Of a DNA stretch of 64,000 bases, positions 13,810 to 26,980 are shown piece after piece (the stretch's first letter is position 1; each line of letters starts with the position of its first letter). Origin of the DNA: Eledone cirrhosa (taxonomy: Eukaryota). The notes under the pieces are model-generated. The model was not told where the DNA came from. It made no database searches and worked only from the letters and a program-made list of their open reading frames with translations. The translations under genes were made by a program, and so were the position numbers. The stretch is taken from contig OZ024742.1 in the NCBI GenBank assembly GCA_964016885.1, positions 148,676,001 to 148,740,000 of the forward strand. The letters run 5' to 3'.

Positions 13810-14158
13810 TGTTTGGAAAGCCGGTACAAAGCGGATAGAAATATAAAGGTGATATTGGAATAAAAGGATGATAAAACGAAACTAAATACTGTGAATTTTT
13901 GGCTCCAAGCCTGTCACCCTATACTGTATTTCTGTCGTTCTTGCTGAATCTTCAAATATTATGTTTCTTGTTGATTTCTCAGCAGAATCTTTTGGTATTA
14001 ACTTCAAATTCATAATTCTGTTTGAATAAGCGCGCACGGATTTCGAAGTGTTTTTGCTAGGATCAGCTGTTTCAAGGACTCCAACCCAATCCTTGATATT
14101 CTACTTTTTCGATATTCATTTTTTTCCACAAAAGGTCCCCAGTTAGAACCTTGGTTCT

Positions 14159-14217
14159 AAAATAAGTAATTCCCCACTGAACAACCACTGGTTGTTCAGT
14201 GTGGAATTACTTATTTT
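14159..14217. repeat. 59-bp palindrome
   Basis: aaaataagtaattcc-c-cactgaacaacca-c-tggttgttcagtg-t-ggaattacttatttt. Confidence 0.9.
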
Positions 14218-14399
14218 GTTTTGTGTAGGGCTGAGTTTCCCCATTATAGTTTCATTACTACAAAGTAGTTTAGGTACAAATAGTATTTAGTTGTTTTGAA
14301 AAGAAGTTCTTGGAGGCCACGACTGAATTTGGTTATTTCCAACTAATGTTTGTTTCTTTTTGTTGTTATTATTGTTGCTTCTAGTGCGATGAATTATGA

Positions 14400-14585
14400 G
14401 GGTGGTTAGAGCGTCAGGAAAACGTGCAACAGTATTTGTTCCAGCTATTTACATTCTGTGTTAAAATAACACCGATGTCAACTTTGCCTTTCATCCTTCC
14501 GGGGGTCAATAAAATAAAGTAAAATGCTATCGTCAATATAATCAACTTTGCTTTTCCTTGGGCCTAACTTAGAAATTGATATTAT
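14400..14585 (+). mobile_element. tRNA-derived SINE, degenerate
   Basis: actttgcctttcatccttccggggtcaataaaa-type core. Confidence 0.75.
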
Positions 14586-14879
14586 AACTGTTTCTCTCAG
14601 TGTCGCCGTTGTTAATCCCCGGTCATCTCTGATTGAGCAAAGTTGTGACCAAAGGTATTCCAGCCACAATCTTCTCGTCTCTTTATATCTGGGACTACAT
14701 TGTCCTTCCTCTTTTTAATCACCTCATCCGTTAATACCTTGATTCCTTTACTTCTCTTCACTTTGCCCCCTCATCATCACAATGACTCCACACTTATTAA
14801 TACCAAATTCCATATATATACCATTGCTGAAAATACAAACAGTATTAACAAGTACATCCTACTTCTCGATTTTTCAGAA

Positions 14880-15560
14880 GATTTTTAGGTCGCCAATGAA
14901 GAGAAGGTGGTTGATGGCAAGCTTTCCTCCTCCCAGTTCGTATAACACCTTCATTATTCGCAATACGAGTGTCAAGAGTATGAGAGTAAGGACAAAGAAA
15001 AAAGACTATTCCCTTGGAAGATATCTCTCTTGATTTTCACTCCTCCAAAGATTCTCCTTCCGATGTTAACCCTGTCTCCCAGTTCTTTATGATATTACTT
15101 AATAGCAGTATGATGTTTTCCGCCATCTTGAAGATTTCTAGGCACTTGGTTATTCAAGAATGAGGAACCATGTTGAATGCCTTCTTATAGTCTATCCATT
15201 CAATGGCAAGACCAGTATGACTCTTTTTGCAGTTCCTGATTAGCATCTTGTCAATAAGTAACTGGTCTTTTTGTACTACGGGACTTCTTTCGGCATCCTT
15301 TCTGTTCGTCCAGCGATATGTTGGTTATGTCGAGGTGGTGATAGATTTCCTCAGAATTGCTTGTTAGCAATTTCTACATCAAGGACAGATATGTGATAGG
15401 CCTATAGTTGATAACACCATTTCTCTTAGTTTGGTCTTTCACCCGAGATCAAGCTGTCATTGAATATGGCTGCCAGTATTGGGTAGAGGGACATTATATT
15501 CTTAGCCCAATATCCTTACACACCATCTGAGCCTGCTGATTTCTAGTTGGTTAATTTATT
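14880..15560 (-). pseudogene. Degenerate R4-like RT relic
   Basis: Minus-strand remnants NYRPITY, WIDYKKAFNMVPHS, RDIFQGNSL, INHLLFIGDL. Confidence 0.75.
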
Positions 15561-15599
15561 GGCCTGCTTTTTAAGGGTTTCAACCGCGATACACAAATC

Positions 15600-17230
15600 A
15601 GGTTGTTGGTGTGCTTGTTCATTAATCTCCTTTTTAATAGTCCCAATCGACTCTGTCCAACTATTATGCTCAACATCCTACTCCCAAATCCCTCTTTAAA
15701 ATGTGTTGGTCTGTTCAACGTTGGGGATAGCATCGTTGCTTCTTTCTTTCCCGTCTAGCTGTTCAAATAACATATGGTTATTGTCAAACATCCATTTGTC
15801 TACAGTGGTTAGCTCTGTTGTATTAACATTACAGACAACTTGTTTGACAACAACAACACAACAATGATTATGCTCCCACGTACACAAATTCTTGTCAAAG
15901 GTAAGGGTTTCGAACCTAGGCCAAAATTCTGCGTTTGCAAATATTCTTTCAAACAAAAAGTTCAAAATGTAAAACATTTTGACAGGTTAAAAACATTGCA
16001 GGATTATGCTCCAAAGAGGAGTGTTATCCTGTCAGAATCCATTACCCAGGCACAAGAAAGAAATAATATGACATACGTTTGCCTTGTCCAATCTACGGCA
16101 GCATTCCTTGTCCCAACTAAGGAGCACTGGGGGTTGCTCTCACAGATATTCGTAATGAAATAACTTTCATATAGAGCTGTGAAGGATATAGGACGATATG
16201 TGACACTTCCGAAACAGAAGACGAATGAAAAGTACAAACCCAGATAGTACAACACAACCCAATACATTAATTAATCTCATAACTGTCAACGCCAAGGACA
16301 TTGGTAACGACGATAGTCAGTTTGGTAGCGCAATATGGGCAGGTGGTCAATGCCGACACAACTATTAGTTGTATGTGTTCTGGTGCGATCGTGATGCACA
16401 TACAATTCTCATGCCACCACAGGAATAGAAAAGTTCTCGGACTGACCTGCCGTTGCATGTGTAGCAGAAAAATTCCTTTAAGAGAATCTTGCCTAGTATT
16501 GCGGTATTGGGCAAAATTCCTGAGGACGCAGGAGAAAATCGCCTCGTCGTATCTCCATAGCTGTGAAGCTCCATTCTTCGACCATAACCGATGTTGACAT
16601 CGAGAAAGAGATGGAAAAAGAGAGTAACCCAAAGCAGCAGTAACATGAGGAAACTGATGATACCAAAGTTGCGCCCTTTCATAGCAGTGTTTTTCCCATC
16701 CATTTGTGAAAATGATGACCAAACAGAAAGTGAGAATTAGCGACATGCTTCTGTGTAAAAGCGAGGAAAACAAAAAGAAATCATCCAAAAATCAATTAGA
16801 AAGTGCAAGGACGCGCCCAATTCCAGTGAAGAAAATACATTATCCGATGAGAAGGAACTCTTTTCTAACGAAGAGAAGTCTTCTTTCTGAAAAAAGAAAC
16901 TCATTGTTTAAAAAGAGGAACCTTTCCTTCCTTTGGTTTGAATTTCAGCGTCATTCGCAATACCAATAAAAAAATTGTCAATCATTCATACAGAATGCAT
17001 TAGGATATTTCCTAATAAAAGGGAAACAGGTCTGATCAAACTAGTAAAAATACCTGCAAAACATCGTTTGGTGATAAATTGTTCTTTCTGAAATTAATGA
17101 CGTGCTGGACGTGAACCTCTAATGGCTTATCCTGACCCAAATACATGGAGAAATAAGAGATGGTATGGAATCAGGACTGCACGGTGCCGTTGTTAATACA
17201 GGTGGCAGCTTTCCATTTATGTGAAGATAG
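15600..17230 (+). pseudogene. Possible Mutator/MULE-like transposase relic
   Basis: SWIM-like CMCSGAIVMHIQFSCHH (CxC..CxH) in a decayed coding-like stretch; no DDE triad or TIR recognised. Confidence 0.3.
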
Positions 17231-17294
17231 TTACCATCTTTTAAAAATTAAATTTTGTTTTAATTATTGTATTTTATTATAAATTTTCGATTAT

Positions 17295-19258
17295 AATCGT
17301 GTAACAAAAAACATTTTTTCTCTGTTCCTGGCTTGTAATCACTTTTTTGTGTTGCTTAGGTCCCAAATAAATAAAAAAAAGTGCTATTAAATAGTTAAAA
17401 GTTTGGGTTTGTAAAAATTCTAAGCTATTCACTATAATTATTTGTATGCTGGGTTTTACGTTGTATGTAAGTTTAATTTGCTTATGTTAAATGATTTTTT
17501 TTATATATGTTTCAGGTTAAATTAAAATTATAAAATAAAGAATAATACCTAAAGAAAATTATAAAAGTGCAATAAAGTATAAAATTGCTAAAAAGTGGAT
17601 TAAAGAGATTTATTGATACTGGGGTACCAGAAAAAGTTCCTCACTTCCCAAACCAAAAAGAAGTCAATGACTTGGTCAAGGATATGGGTCTGACCAAGTC
17701 CAATTCAGAGCTATTCGTCTCCAGGATGAAGCAGTGGAACTTGGTCAAGGAGGAAGTGCAGGTGACACGTCAGAGAAGTCGACACGAACCTTTCTCAGGC
17801 TTTTACACTCTTAGGGATGGCCTCTGCTTCTGCCATGACGTGCCTGGACTGTTTGACGTTATTGGGGTGCCGTTTGTGCCCAAGGAGTGGCGGATATTTA
17901 TAGACAGCTCCAACACAAGTTTGAAGGCTGTCCTCCTCCACAATGGAGACAAGTTCCCGACACTGCCCCTAGCTCATTCAGTCTGCCTGAAGGAAGATTA
18001 CTACAGTGTGAAAGTCCTCTTGGAAGCTATGCAATACAACCAGTACAATTGGGAAATCATTGGAGACTTCAAGATGGTGGCTTTCCTGCTTGGACTCCAA
18101 GGAGGCTTTATCAAATTCCAATTCTTCCTCTGCCTTTGGGACAGCAGAGCCACCTCTGACCACTACAAAAGAAAGAACTGGGAGCAGCGAACAGAATTTG
18201 TAGTTGGGACCAGGAAAGTCATGTGGGAGCCACTGGTTGATCCCAGGATTGTGCTCATGCCGCCACTGCACATTAAGCTGGGGTTGATGAAGCAGTTTGT
18301 GAAGGCTCTCAACTAAGAATCAGCCGCTTTTAAGTACCTTCTTGAGTTCGTCCCCAAGTTATCTGAGGCCAAAATCAAAGGTGGAATTTTTGTTGGACCT
18401 CAAATAAAGAAGGTGTTTGAGTCTACCGAGTTCTCCAATAAGCTCAATAGGATTTAGAGAACAGCATGGAACTGTTTCAAGGCTTCCTGGGCAACTACAG
18501 AGCTGAAAACTACCAGCAACTGGTGCAGGATCTGATAAAGGCTTTTGGCGCCATGGGATGCAAGATGTCGCTTAAACTCCATATGCTGGACGCTCACCTG
18601 GAAAAGTTCAAGGACAATATGGGCGCCTACTCAGAAGAACAAGGCGAACGATTCCACCAAGATGTGAAAGAGATAGAGCAGCGGTACTAGGGCCACTATA
18701 ATGAAAGAATGTTGGGGGACTATATCTGGGGGCTAGTGTGGGAATGCAACCTGGACTACAACCGCAAATCCAGAAAATCCAGTCATTTCTGGCGTGTATA
18801 AGTTGCTTTATAAGTGTTATTTGTTTTTACTCGTTTGCTTTTGATAAGCTTGTGTAATAAAATAAATATATACTCTGTTGATTTAATTATATGAACTGAT
18901 AAATTTTTTTTAAAAATGTGTTTTTTCTTGAAAAATATGAAAATTTCGAAATATCAAACTCCTGACCACAAACCCAAACTTCTGATTAAATAATAGTGTT
19001 TTTTTTTTATAATAATTGTTTCTACTTTTGGCACAAGGCCAGCAATTACCCAGTACATTACTGGTACTTTATTTTATCGACCCCGTAAGGATGAAAGGCA
19101 AAGTTAACCTCGACAGGATTTGAACTCAGACCGTAAAGGGACGTAACTATGCTGGAAAGCATGGCGTCCGACTCTCTACCGATACTGCCAATAATAATGG
19201 GATATAACAAACCAGTAAATGACACTTAGAACTGGGGGAAAAAATATGTTACACGGTG
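17295..19258 (+). mobile_element. Chapaev-like (CMC superfamily) DNA transposon, defective
   Basis: Transposase motifs WRIFIDSS, GDFKMV, FLCLWDSR, PPLHIKLGLMKQFVKAL, HMLDAH, SEEQGERFHQD (17585-18800, with stops); imperfect TIRs cgtgtaaca / tgttacacggtg. Confidence 0.75.
19010..19190 (-). mobile_element. Young SINE nested in the right TIR of the transposon
   Basis: Matches the 49538 copy; ataataat on both sides. Confidence 0.9.
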
Positions 19259-19261
19259 TTA

Positions 19262-20690
19262 TCTATACTATAAAGCTGACGGCCGTATGTAGGTAACAAA
19301 CTTTTCGCCAAACGGCTGGACCAAACAGCACCAAATTTGCACCATAGATGTAACTTTTTCCAAGTAAAAAAGTGAGGGTATTTTTGTCTACTGAATTTTG
19401 TTAAAAGATTAAAGACATCATTTAAATATTCACTTCTTTAAAATTTCAAATGTCAACACTTCCGGTTATACGTCATTCGTCACTTTTTCTTATGACGTCG
19501 CACAACATTCCCCTCTTTTTCTTAGTCTGTCTTTTTAGATAGATACATAGCTATAACGTAGCGCCCTTATAATATGTCTCTGTATGTCTGGCTGTCTACA
19601 TTAGATAACGTTTTTCGAAATATTTACTTCTGCGTTCACAGACGGATTTTTTTAGTTTCAGAAGATCCCGTTAAGGGTGAAAGCAGCGATTATTTGCTTA
19701 AACTTTAATCTGTTATTTTAATATATGTATTCGTGTACAGATATTTTTGCATACACAAAACCAAAAACCTATTCATTTCACGAAAGCACAGACGGCTTAT
19801 CGTCATTGTTACTGTTCGAGGTTAGAGGACCACAGTCTTTCCAAGATCTGAGAACCATCAATGGCCATCAATGTTCCACTTACCGTTTGGCTTGCCAGAT
19901 GCGTGATATGTTACACGATGACAGCCATTGGCACCTCACCCTGCAAGAAGCAGCAACTGCTAAAGTCCCTTCTCAGCTGTGAAAACCTTTTGCTATTATG
20001 CTGCACAACTGCGATCTCGCCGACCCTCTCGCACTGTGGAACAACCACCGTGAAAGGCTAGCTGAGGACATCCTCCACCGCACATGCAGACACATTCCAA
20101 ACGTAACATACGATGTCGTTTTCAATGAGGCGCTCATTTGTCTTGAAAACAGTGTCCTGGAGATTGGTGTTAAGCCTCTAAGTCACTATAGCTTACCTAC
20201 TCCCGACAGGAGTGTCCAGAGTTCAACGTCTACAGAGCTTCTCCGCGAGACGAGCTACAAAATCAGTGATTCTCCCATGGTCAATTGTATGTAGGATGCT
20301 CTAGGGTGAGCTCGCCAAACAATCTCTTCATCTTTGCTCCGGAGAGCCGAACAAAAAATATTGCATACTCTGAGGCTCTAACAATGTAATTTAAATATTT
20401 TCTGTTACTTGGAATTTCCATTATGGTTGTACAAATTATTATTTGTTTAAAAATGTGTTCTCTGTTCAGCCTTTATTGTTGTAACTATCAATTTTCTTTA
20501 ACGTACTGGCTGCTGAACTGGGGGATCCTAAAAACTATTCAAATCCAACATCAGAGCACGTTATCAAACCCAACATCAGAGCTGACTTGAGAGGGCGTGC
20601 GGTATCTTTGCACTGGAGTGTAAGGGGGATTCCTGAAAAGATAAAATGCCGGTATACCTAGCCCGAGACCCAGCCGGACGGGCCAGCTAG
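19262..20690 (+). mobile_element. Internally deleted Helitron
   Basis: A|TCTATACTATAAA 5' end; GC hairpin then CTAG|T 3' end; RepHel remnants VRGPQSFQDLRT..PSQL..DPLALW and the PIF1 C-terminal motif FSHGQLYVGCSRV..TKNIAYSEAL. Confidence 0.9.
19654..19704 (+). ncRNA. Type I hammerhead-like motif, family alpha
   Basis: agttt-CAGAAGA-t ccc gttaa ggg t-GAAA-gca gcgattatt tgc-TT-aaact. Confidence 0.65.
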
Positions 20691-21404
20691 TTATATATAG
20701 TTTTGTGTATTCTGTATATATAAATTTATAAACCTGTCCTCGCATTTATTGCATAACGTCTTTCACGCTTTCATTTTTATATAACTGGTTTGTGCACGCA
20801 TTTATTTGTCGGTGTATTTTTATAATTTCCTGAATGTATAATAGAATATTTTAGTTGCACTCAGTGACTAAATAAAAGAAACTATTATAATTATTATTAT
20901 TATCATTATTGTTGTTGTTTTTGTTATTGTTACTGTCGTGATTGTGATAGCAGTTAGTAACACGTCTAGAAATGTTATCATTTTAAACATTATTGAATAG
21001 GGGAGGAGACTAATGTAGATTTATAATTGAATAATGAGGAATGGTCATACTGACCTAACTGATACTTATATCAACATTATTTGTAGACTCGTGATCATGG
21101 TAAGATCGCAGAATATATCCCCTTAGGAGGTATATAATATAATGATTTATGACTTAATGGTATTCGATTATAAAATATTATGAGTGTGAATATAGATAAA
21201 TAAGGTTGGGTAAATCAACTGGGAGTATACGTTAATATGAAGAAGGAAAATTATCATTATTTTATCGATATCGTTGCTATATTATTACCTTTTCAAACTA
21301 TCAATAGCATTACGTTCTCGTTTCGATTTTGGATGAAAACCTTTAACATTTTATTTACTTAATTTAAGCAACCACAGATAATCTCCCAAATACAATTGTC
21401 GGTG

Positions 21405-22397
21405 TGTTGGTTGTTTAGTTGGTTGGTTAGTTGGTTGTTTGGTTGATTGGTTGGCTGTTTGGTTGATTGGTTGGTTGGCTGGCTGGTTGGTTGGTTGGTT
21501 GGTTGGTTGGTTGCTTGCTTGGTTGGTTGGTTGGTTGGTTGGTTGGTTGGTTGGTTGGTCGGTTAATTGGTTGATTGGTTGGTTGGTTGGTTGGTTGGTT
21601 GGTCGGTTAATTTGTTGGTTGGTTGGTTGGCTGGTTGGTTGGTTGGTTGGCTGGCTGGTTGGTTGGTTGGTTGGCTGGTTGGTTGGTTGGTTGGTTGTTT
21701 GCTTGATTGGTTGGTTGGTTAGCTGGTTGGCTGTTTGGTTGGTTTGTCAGTTGGTTGGTTGGTTCGTTCGTTGGTTGTTTGGTTGGCTGTTTGGTTGATT
21801 GGTAGGTTGGTTGGCTGGCTGATTGGTTGGTTGGTTGGTTGATCGGTTAATTGGTTGATTGGTTGGTTGGTTGGTTGGTTCTTTGGTTAGTTGGTTGGTT
21901 GGTTGGCTGGTTGGTTGTTTGGTTGATTGGTTGGCTGGTTGATAGGTTGGTCGGTTGGACGGTTAGTTGGTTGGTTGGTTGGTCTGTTAGTTGGTTGGGG
22001 TGTTGGCTGGTTGTTTGGTTGGTTGGTTGGTTGGTTGGTTGGTTGGTTGGTTGGTTGGTTGGTTGGTTGGTTAGTTGGTTGGTTGGTTGGTTGGTTGGTT
22101 GGTTGGTTAGTTGGTTGGGTGATTGGTTTGTTGGTTGGTTGGTTGGTTGGTTGGCTGGCGGGTTGGTCGGCTGGTTGGTTGGCTGGCTGGTTGGTTGGTT
22201 GGTTGGTTGGTTGGCTGGCTGGTTGGTCGGTTGGTTGGTTGGTTGGTTGGTTGGCTCGTTGGTTGGTTGGTTGATTGGTGGTTTGGTTGTTTCGTTTGTT
22301 GGCTGGTTAGTTAGTTGGTTGATTGATTGGTTGGTTGTTTGGTTGGTTGGTTGGTTGGTTGGTTGGTTGGTTGGTTGGCTGGTTGGTTGGTTGGTTA
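21405..22397. repeat. ~1-kb degenerate (GGTT)n array
   Basis: Direct reading; ggct, gatt, agtt and gttt variants. Confidence 0.95.
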
Positions 22398-24212
22398 ACT
22401 AGTCCCATATGAAGTTTAACAACACAAAGAGAGGGGATGAGAGAGCAAGAGAGGGAAAGACTTGTTATACGGGGTGAAGGAGGAGTATACGTACTGACCA
22501 AAGTAGCAGGTAAATAGTGAGGGAGATAGAGAGACGACAAAGGCTAAAGTGCGAGCGTGGGCTCACACATATACATATGTATATTTGCACACATACATAC
22601 ACATACACACACAGATGCTAAAATAATTCTCGTCTACTGAGACAACAGCAAATGCATATAGCGTTTGTACTGAGTTCGCGTTTTCTATTCATTTTCTTTC
22701 GTTCTTTTTGACGACTAGTATATACATATATAATAGTATAAATTTCTTTTTCTCAACATATTGTTTTCTTTAATACTACTAGCAGAAAAACCACCTTTCG
22801 GGTGGTTTTCTGCTAGCATGTGTACTGTGAATGTTGATATTATACGCAAGTATATATATGCATGTAGATATGATACATCAAATAAAATCGTAATTGACAA
22901 TATACACAGAAATTGAACGAAGACTGCGATACACTGTCTTATGTAATCAGTAACATGATACATTAAAAAACGACGATATTGTATATAAATTGCATTAGGG
23001 GAAAATTAGTGACGGAAATATATGAATGTTTATTTAAGCGATCGCTAACCGAAAGTGTTGAGATTTGAAAATATTAACGGAGTGAATCTTTAAATAAGCA
23101 ATAAAATATATTTAATCAACAGCTACCAAATTTAGTAGATAAATTATGTAATATTCATTCATTATTTATTCAAAGTAATGCACTGGGTAATTGCTGGCCT
23201 TGTGCCTAAAGTAGAAACAATTATTTATTCAAAGTAATCCAACTTATTTTACAAACGGGATAAAAATATATATTCTGGACGCAGCCCCACACTCCTTTCT
23301 TTATTATAGTTAAGATTTGCATAAAGAATATTCACAAATATCCGACGAATTATTCTAGAGAACATTCAAATGCAATAGTGAAGCAATAAATTCAGCTATC
23401 CCTATCACAAACCAATTGTCTGAAATAATTTTGTGTGCAACGATGCAACTCTACCAGACTCAAAAGTTGTAAAAAAAAAATATATTAAAAAGATGCTGTT
23501 GAGTAATCAACAAACCTGTTTCTGGTAAAAACCTACCGTTTTTAGTAACATTTCAAAATTCGTAAATAAAATAAAAAAGTGTTTTTGCATAAAGTGTTCC
23601 TTTTACAGGCTGTCATGAAAAGGGTGTTAGTTTTTTACTATAATCCTTCTCGATGGCCTCACTACCCAGATTACTCAATAATAAACCAGTTCATTCTATT
23701 CTTTAAGAATTTTTTATTCTATTCTTTGAAAATAGTGTATCATACTTTTTTCCTTTATGTACCTTTTTCTATATTTCAAATTTATACACCGTTACTGAAA
23801 TAGATGACAAGAAAAAGAGAAAAAAGTGTTTAAGCGTGAGCAAAATTATTAATTGTTTTAACTAAATGCAGGCATAGTAGTTATTCGTTTTCTGTATATT
23901 ATTAGATTATTTTTATTTATAAATTTAGACATTTTATTTCTTTATCTACAGTTACGTATAGAAGCAAATATATTTCCAAAATTACCCATCATATGAAGAG
24001 TAACACTCGACTATTAAATAAACTACTATATTGATGTTTTTGCTCTCCCTAGTCATTAGCAGTTAGCCCTCCTGTTCCAATTTCACTGAAAGGACTTAAA
24101 GCAACCCTTTCGACGAATGCTTCCAGCGTCTGGCTTTTAAAATTCTATTTTGCTACCTTGAAGTATAATTCACACATTATTGTAACACGCATTTATGAGT
24201 CAACAGGGACTG

Positions 24213-24401
24213 ATTTAACGCTTGTGAAATGTTCAATAATCTTTGATCAGTAAAGGTATGATCGGTATCGATCGAACCCAACTTTGGAATCGATAACTCA
24301 TCAGATTTCTTGATGAGCTATCGATTCCAGAGTCGGGACCAATCGATACCGATTGTACCTTGAGCTAATCGATCGCAAAACACGCGTCACAGGTGAATAA
24401 A
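24213..24401. repeat. Imperfect palindrome with family gamma hammerhead relics
   Basis: Centre ctcatcaga-tt-tcttgatgag (~24306); inner ~55-bp arms clearly pair. Confidence 0.75.
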
Positions 24402-24404
24402 CAT

Positions 24405-24485
24405 AATGATTTCTTTATTGGCCACAAGGGCTGACATCAAGAAAAATATTACAGATGGCACAGGACGGTACAGGACGGTATGATG
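24405..24485 (-). mobile_element. Tx1 (TAA family) 3'-terminal fragment
   Basis: taatgatttctttattggccacaaggg..tacaggacggta matches 1422-1499. Confidence 0.75.
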
Positions 24486-24511
24486 CTATATTGATACCTC
24501 GTTCCTATTCC

Positions 24512-24547
<36 letters not shown>

Positions 24548-24550
<3 letters not shown>

Positions 24551-24795
24551 CTTGAATCTCAGTCATTGATGTTAGTTAACTGGAAAGTCCGTTGGAATGA
24601 ATATCAAGCCACTACCTGCAGCCTCAGATATTCAGGACGTATCGGAGGGTTCTTGCTGTTCCCAGCAAGCATGCCTTTTGAAGCGTTCCAAAAAGCGTGA
24701 AGGGGCCGATTTTCTTTAACCATCCCTGGAAACTTTTGGAGATAGTCCCCAGTGCGCCTATGACAATCGGGATCACTTTGACTTCATGGCAGTTC

Positions 24796-24797
<2 letters not shown>
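24548..24797 (-). mobile_element. R4/Dong-like family 2, short 3' copy
   Basis: Near-identical reverse complement of 6920-7167; (TTA)n on both sides. Confidence 0.92.
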
Positions 24798-24833
<36 letters not shown>

Positions 24834-24834
<1 letters not shown>

Positions 24835-25500
24835 AGAGGTGGTTAACGCGTACACCGCGTCCTTCATCTAATTTCGCCTGACCGTCGTGCCTTGTCCTAG
24901 CCTACGTCTGACAGCCCTGGAATGTCTACTCTTTCGCTTTTTGTGGAAGGGCCAGGATTCATGGCTCAGGCAGTTCATCTACTGTCAACACCCGCTACGT
25001 GGAGTTTTTGGTATGCCGTGGCTGATGGTGCAAAAACATGCGCTAAGGCTACGACGACTCTAACTTTTCCTTGGTGGTGAGCAGGTGTGGTCGCCATTCG
25101 TTAGACACGTTTTCCCCCAGCTCGTCTCCTTAACGGAGTTGCAGTCCTAGATCAAGTAAATACTGAGAATGTGCGCTTTCAGAACCCTCAGCAAATCGGG
25201 CAGTACGATCGGTGGAAACTCAACCTTGGCGTTCTATAAAGGGTTAGTAGAGCGTAAAAGTGACGACGTTCATGGAGAGAATCTGGACGTCGACGATAAT
25301 CAACTAGTCAATCTTTTCCCGGAGATCTTTCTGTCCAGAGTCCATGGATAACTCCAGAAAACTCTACAGGCATGGAAGTGCCATCAACCGGCCCTGTTCG
25401 AGATGCACGCAGGGCGACGAAACCGTCATGCACACACCTGTCGAGTGTTTGAGCATTGCCGGCTTACGTCGAACACATGTCACGTGTGGGACAGATCCGG
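24834..25500 (+). mobile_element. Tx1 ORF2 C-terminal fragment, degenerate
   Basis: EVVNAY..RLTVVPCP..HALRLR..GGNSTLAFYKGLV; homologous to the reverse complement of 2000-2725. Confidence 0.85.
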
Positions 25501-25514
25501 CTATCAGCTGAATC

Positions 25515-26465
25515 TGCGTAGAGTGTGCTGCCAGCAGATCGACCGTCTCACCAAAGGAATCTGTCCCCTCCACAAGAAGTTGAAGAGGAGCCATTCCAAT
25601 TTGGTAAAACACGAACGGGGACAAGGCACGACGGTCAGGCGGTAATAGATGACGGACGTGATGTACGCATTCACCACCTACGCCCTACCTTTCATGTATA
25701 GCTTTCTCTCGGTTCATTTCTGGGTGAGAGTGGCTACCCTGATCGTAACCCCGTCCCAATTCTTATTCACTTGGAGATCTGGTCCGGACCAGACTCCGAG
25801 CAACTTTACCAGTCCGTCCGTCCAGCGCCCGACAACGCTGTTGATCAGCATGGACTTGCCTCTGCAGGTGCTGAGCTGCAAGCCCACCGACTTTTCCTGG
25901 TTTAGTTTTGTTCCCGTCAACTTTTCATATTCCTCCAAGCAGTTGCCGACCACCTCGATATCCGAGGTATTCGACACCATCACGGTAATGTCGTCTGCAT
26001 ATGGCAACGCGGCCTTTCCACGTCCCGGTTCGAGCGGATGCCCTTTAAAAGCTCCAGTTTCCGCAGTAAAGGCTCGAGAAGAGGAAAAAGAGACTACCCT
26101 TGACAGACCGATTGGGAGATCTGAAACGGTCCCGAAAGATTGCCATTAACTTTGACCACCGAGCAAATGCCACTGTGCATTGCAGGGATCCAGCATCTGA
26201 AGGGGGGACCGAAGCCAACTACCTTGAGGAGAGCCTCAAGGTATCGATGGTCGACTCTATCAAGAGTTTTCGATTGATCTAAATTGATCAAAGCTCCACC
26301 GAAGCCAGGTTTACACCCAGCCCTCTATATGATGTATTGAATGAGGTGGAGGTTGTCATGTATGGAATTGGTCGGGATTATGCAAGTTTGCGCCTCCCCT
26401 ACCAAATTCTCGATGACAAGTGCCAATCTATTCGCTAATACCTTGCCAAAATCTTAAACTCTGTA
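25515..26465 (-). mobile_element. Tx1 RT fragment, degenerate
   Basis: INLDQSKTLDRVDH, YADD, VKLLGVW. Confidence 0.9.
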
Positions 26466-26692
26466 TTTATCATTATTATTTTCTTGTCTACTCCAGATGG
26501 TGATGGTGTGCCCAGTTTCAGCGACAACGATTATGAAGTATTTCAAGGAATTAATATCAGGTAAATAAATACCTATCTGTGCACGCGTATGCTTATTTAT
26601 ATATATATATATGTGTGTGTGTGCGTGTGTGTGTAAATTAAATGCATATATATTATTCATATTTATATATATATTATATATATATAAGCGCC

Positions 26693-26723
<31 letters not shown>

Positions 26724-26726
26724 CTC

Positions 26727-26787
<61 letters not shown>

Positions 26788-26857
26788 GTGTTTATGTGTT
26801 CAATTATTGTTTGATTTTGTTTTTAATATCTATACGCAAAGAGTTACAGCCCTTTAT

Positions 26858-26980
26858 GGTCTGAGTTCAAATCCCGCCGAGGTTAACTTTGCCTTTCATC
26901 CTTACGAGGTCGATAAAATAAAGTACCAGTAATTCACTGTTGTATAATTGCTGGCCTTGTGCCAAAAGTAGAAACAATTG
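26858..26980 (+). mobile_element. SINE, 5'-truncated
   Basis: B-box plus core; further partial copies at ~27720-27860, 28160-28285 and 29115-29270. Confidence 0.8.

Noticed and set aside
21439-22540. Long WLVG-repeat ORFs
   Set aside because: Translations of the (GGTT)n array; (GGTT)n is also not the TTAGGG telomere repeat
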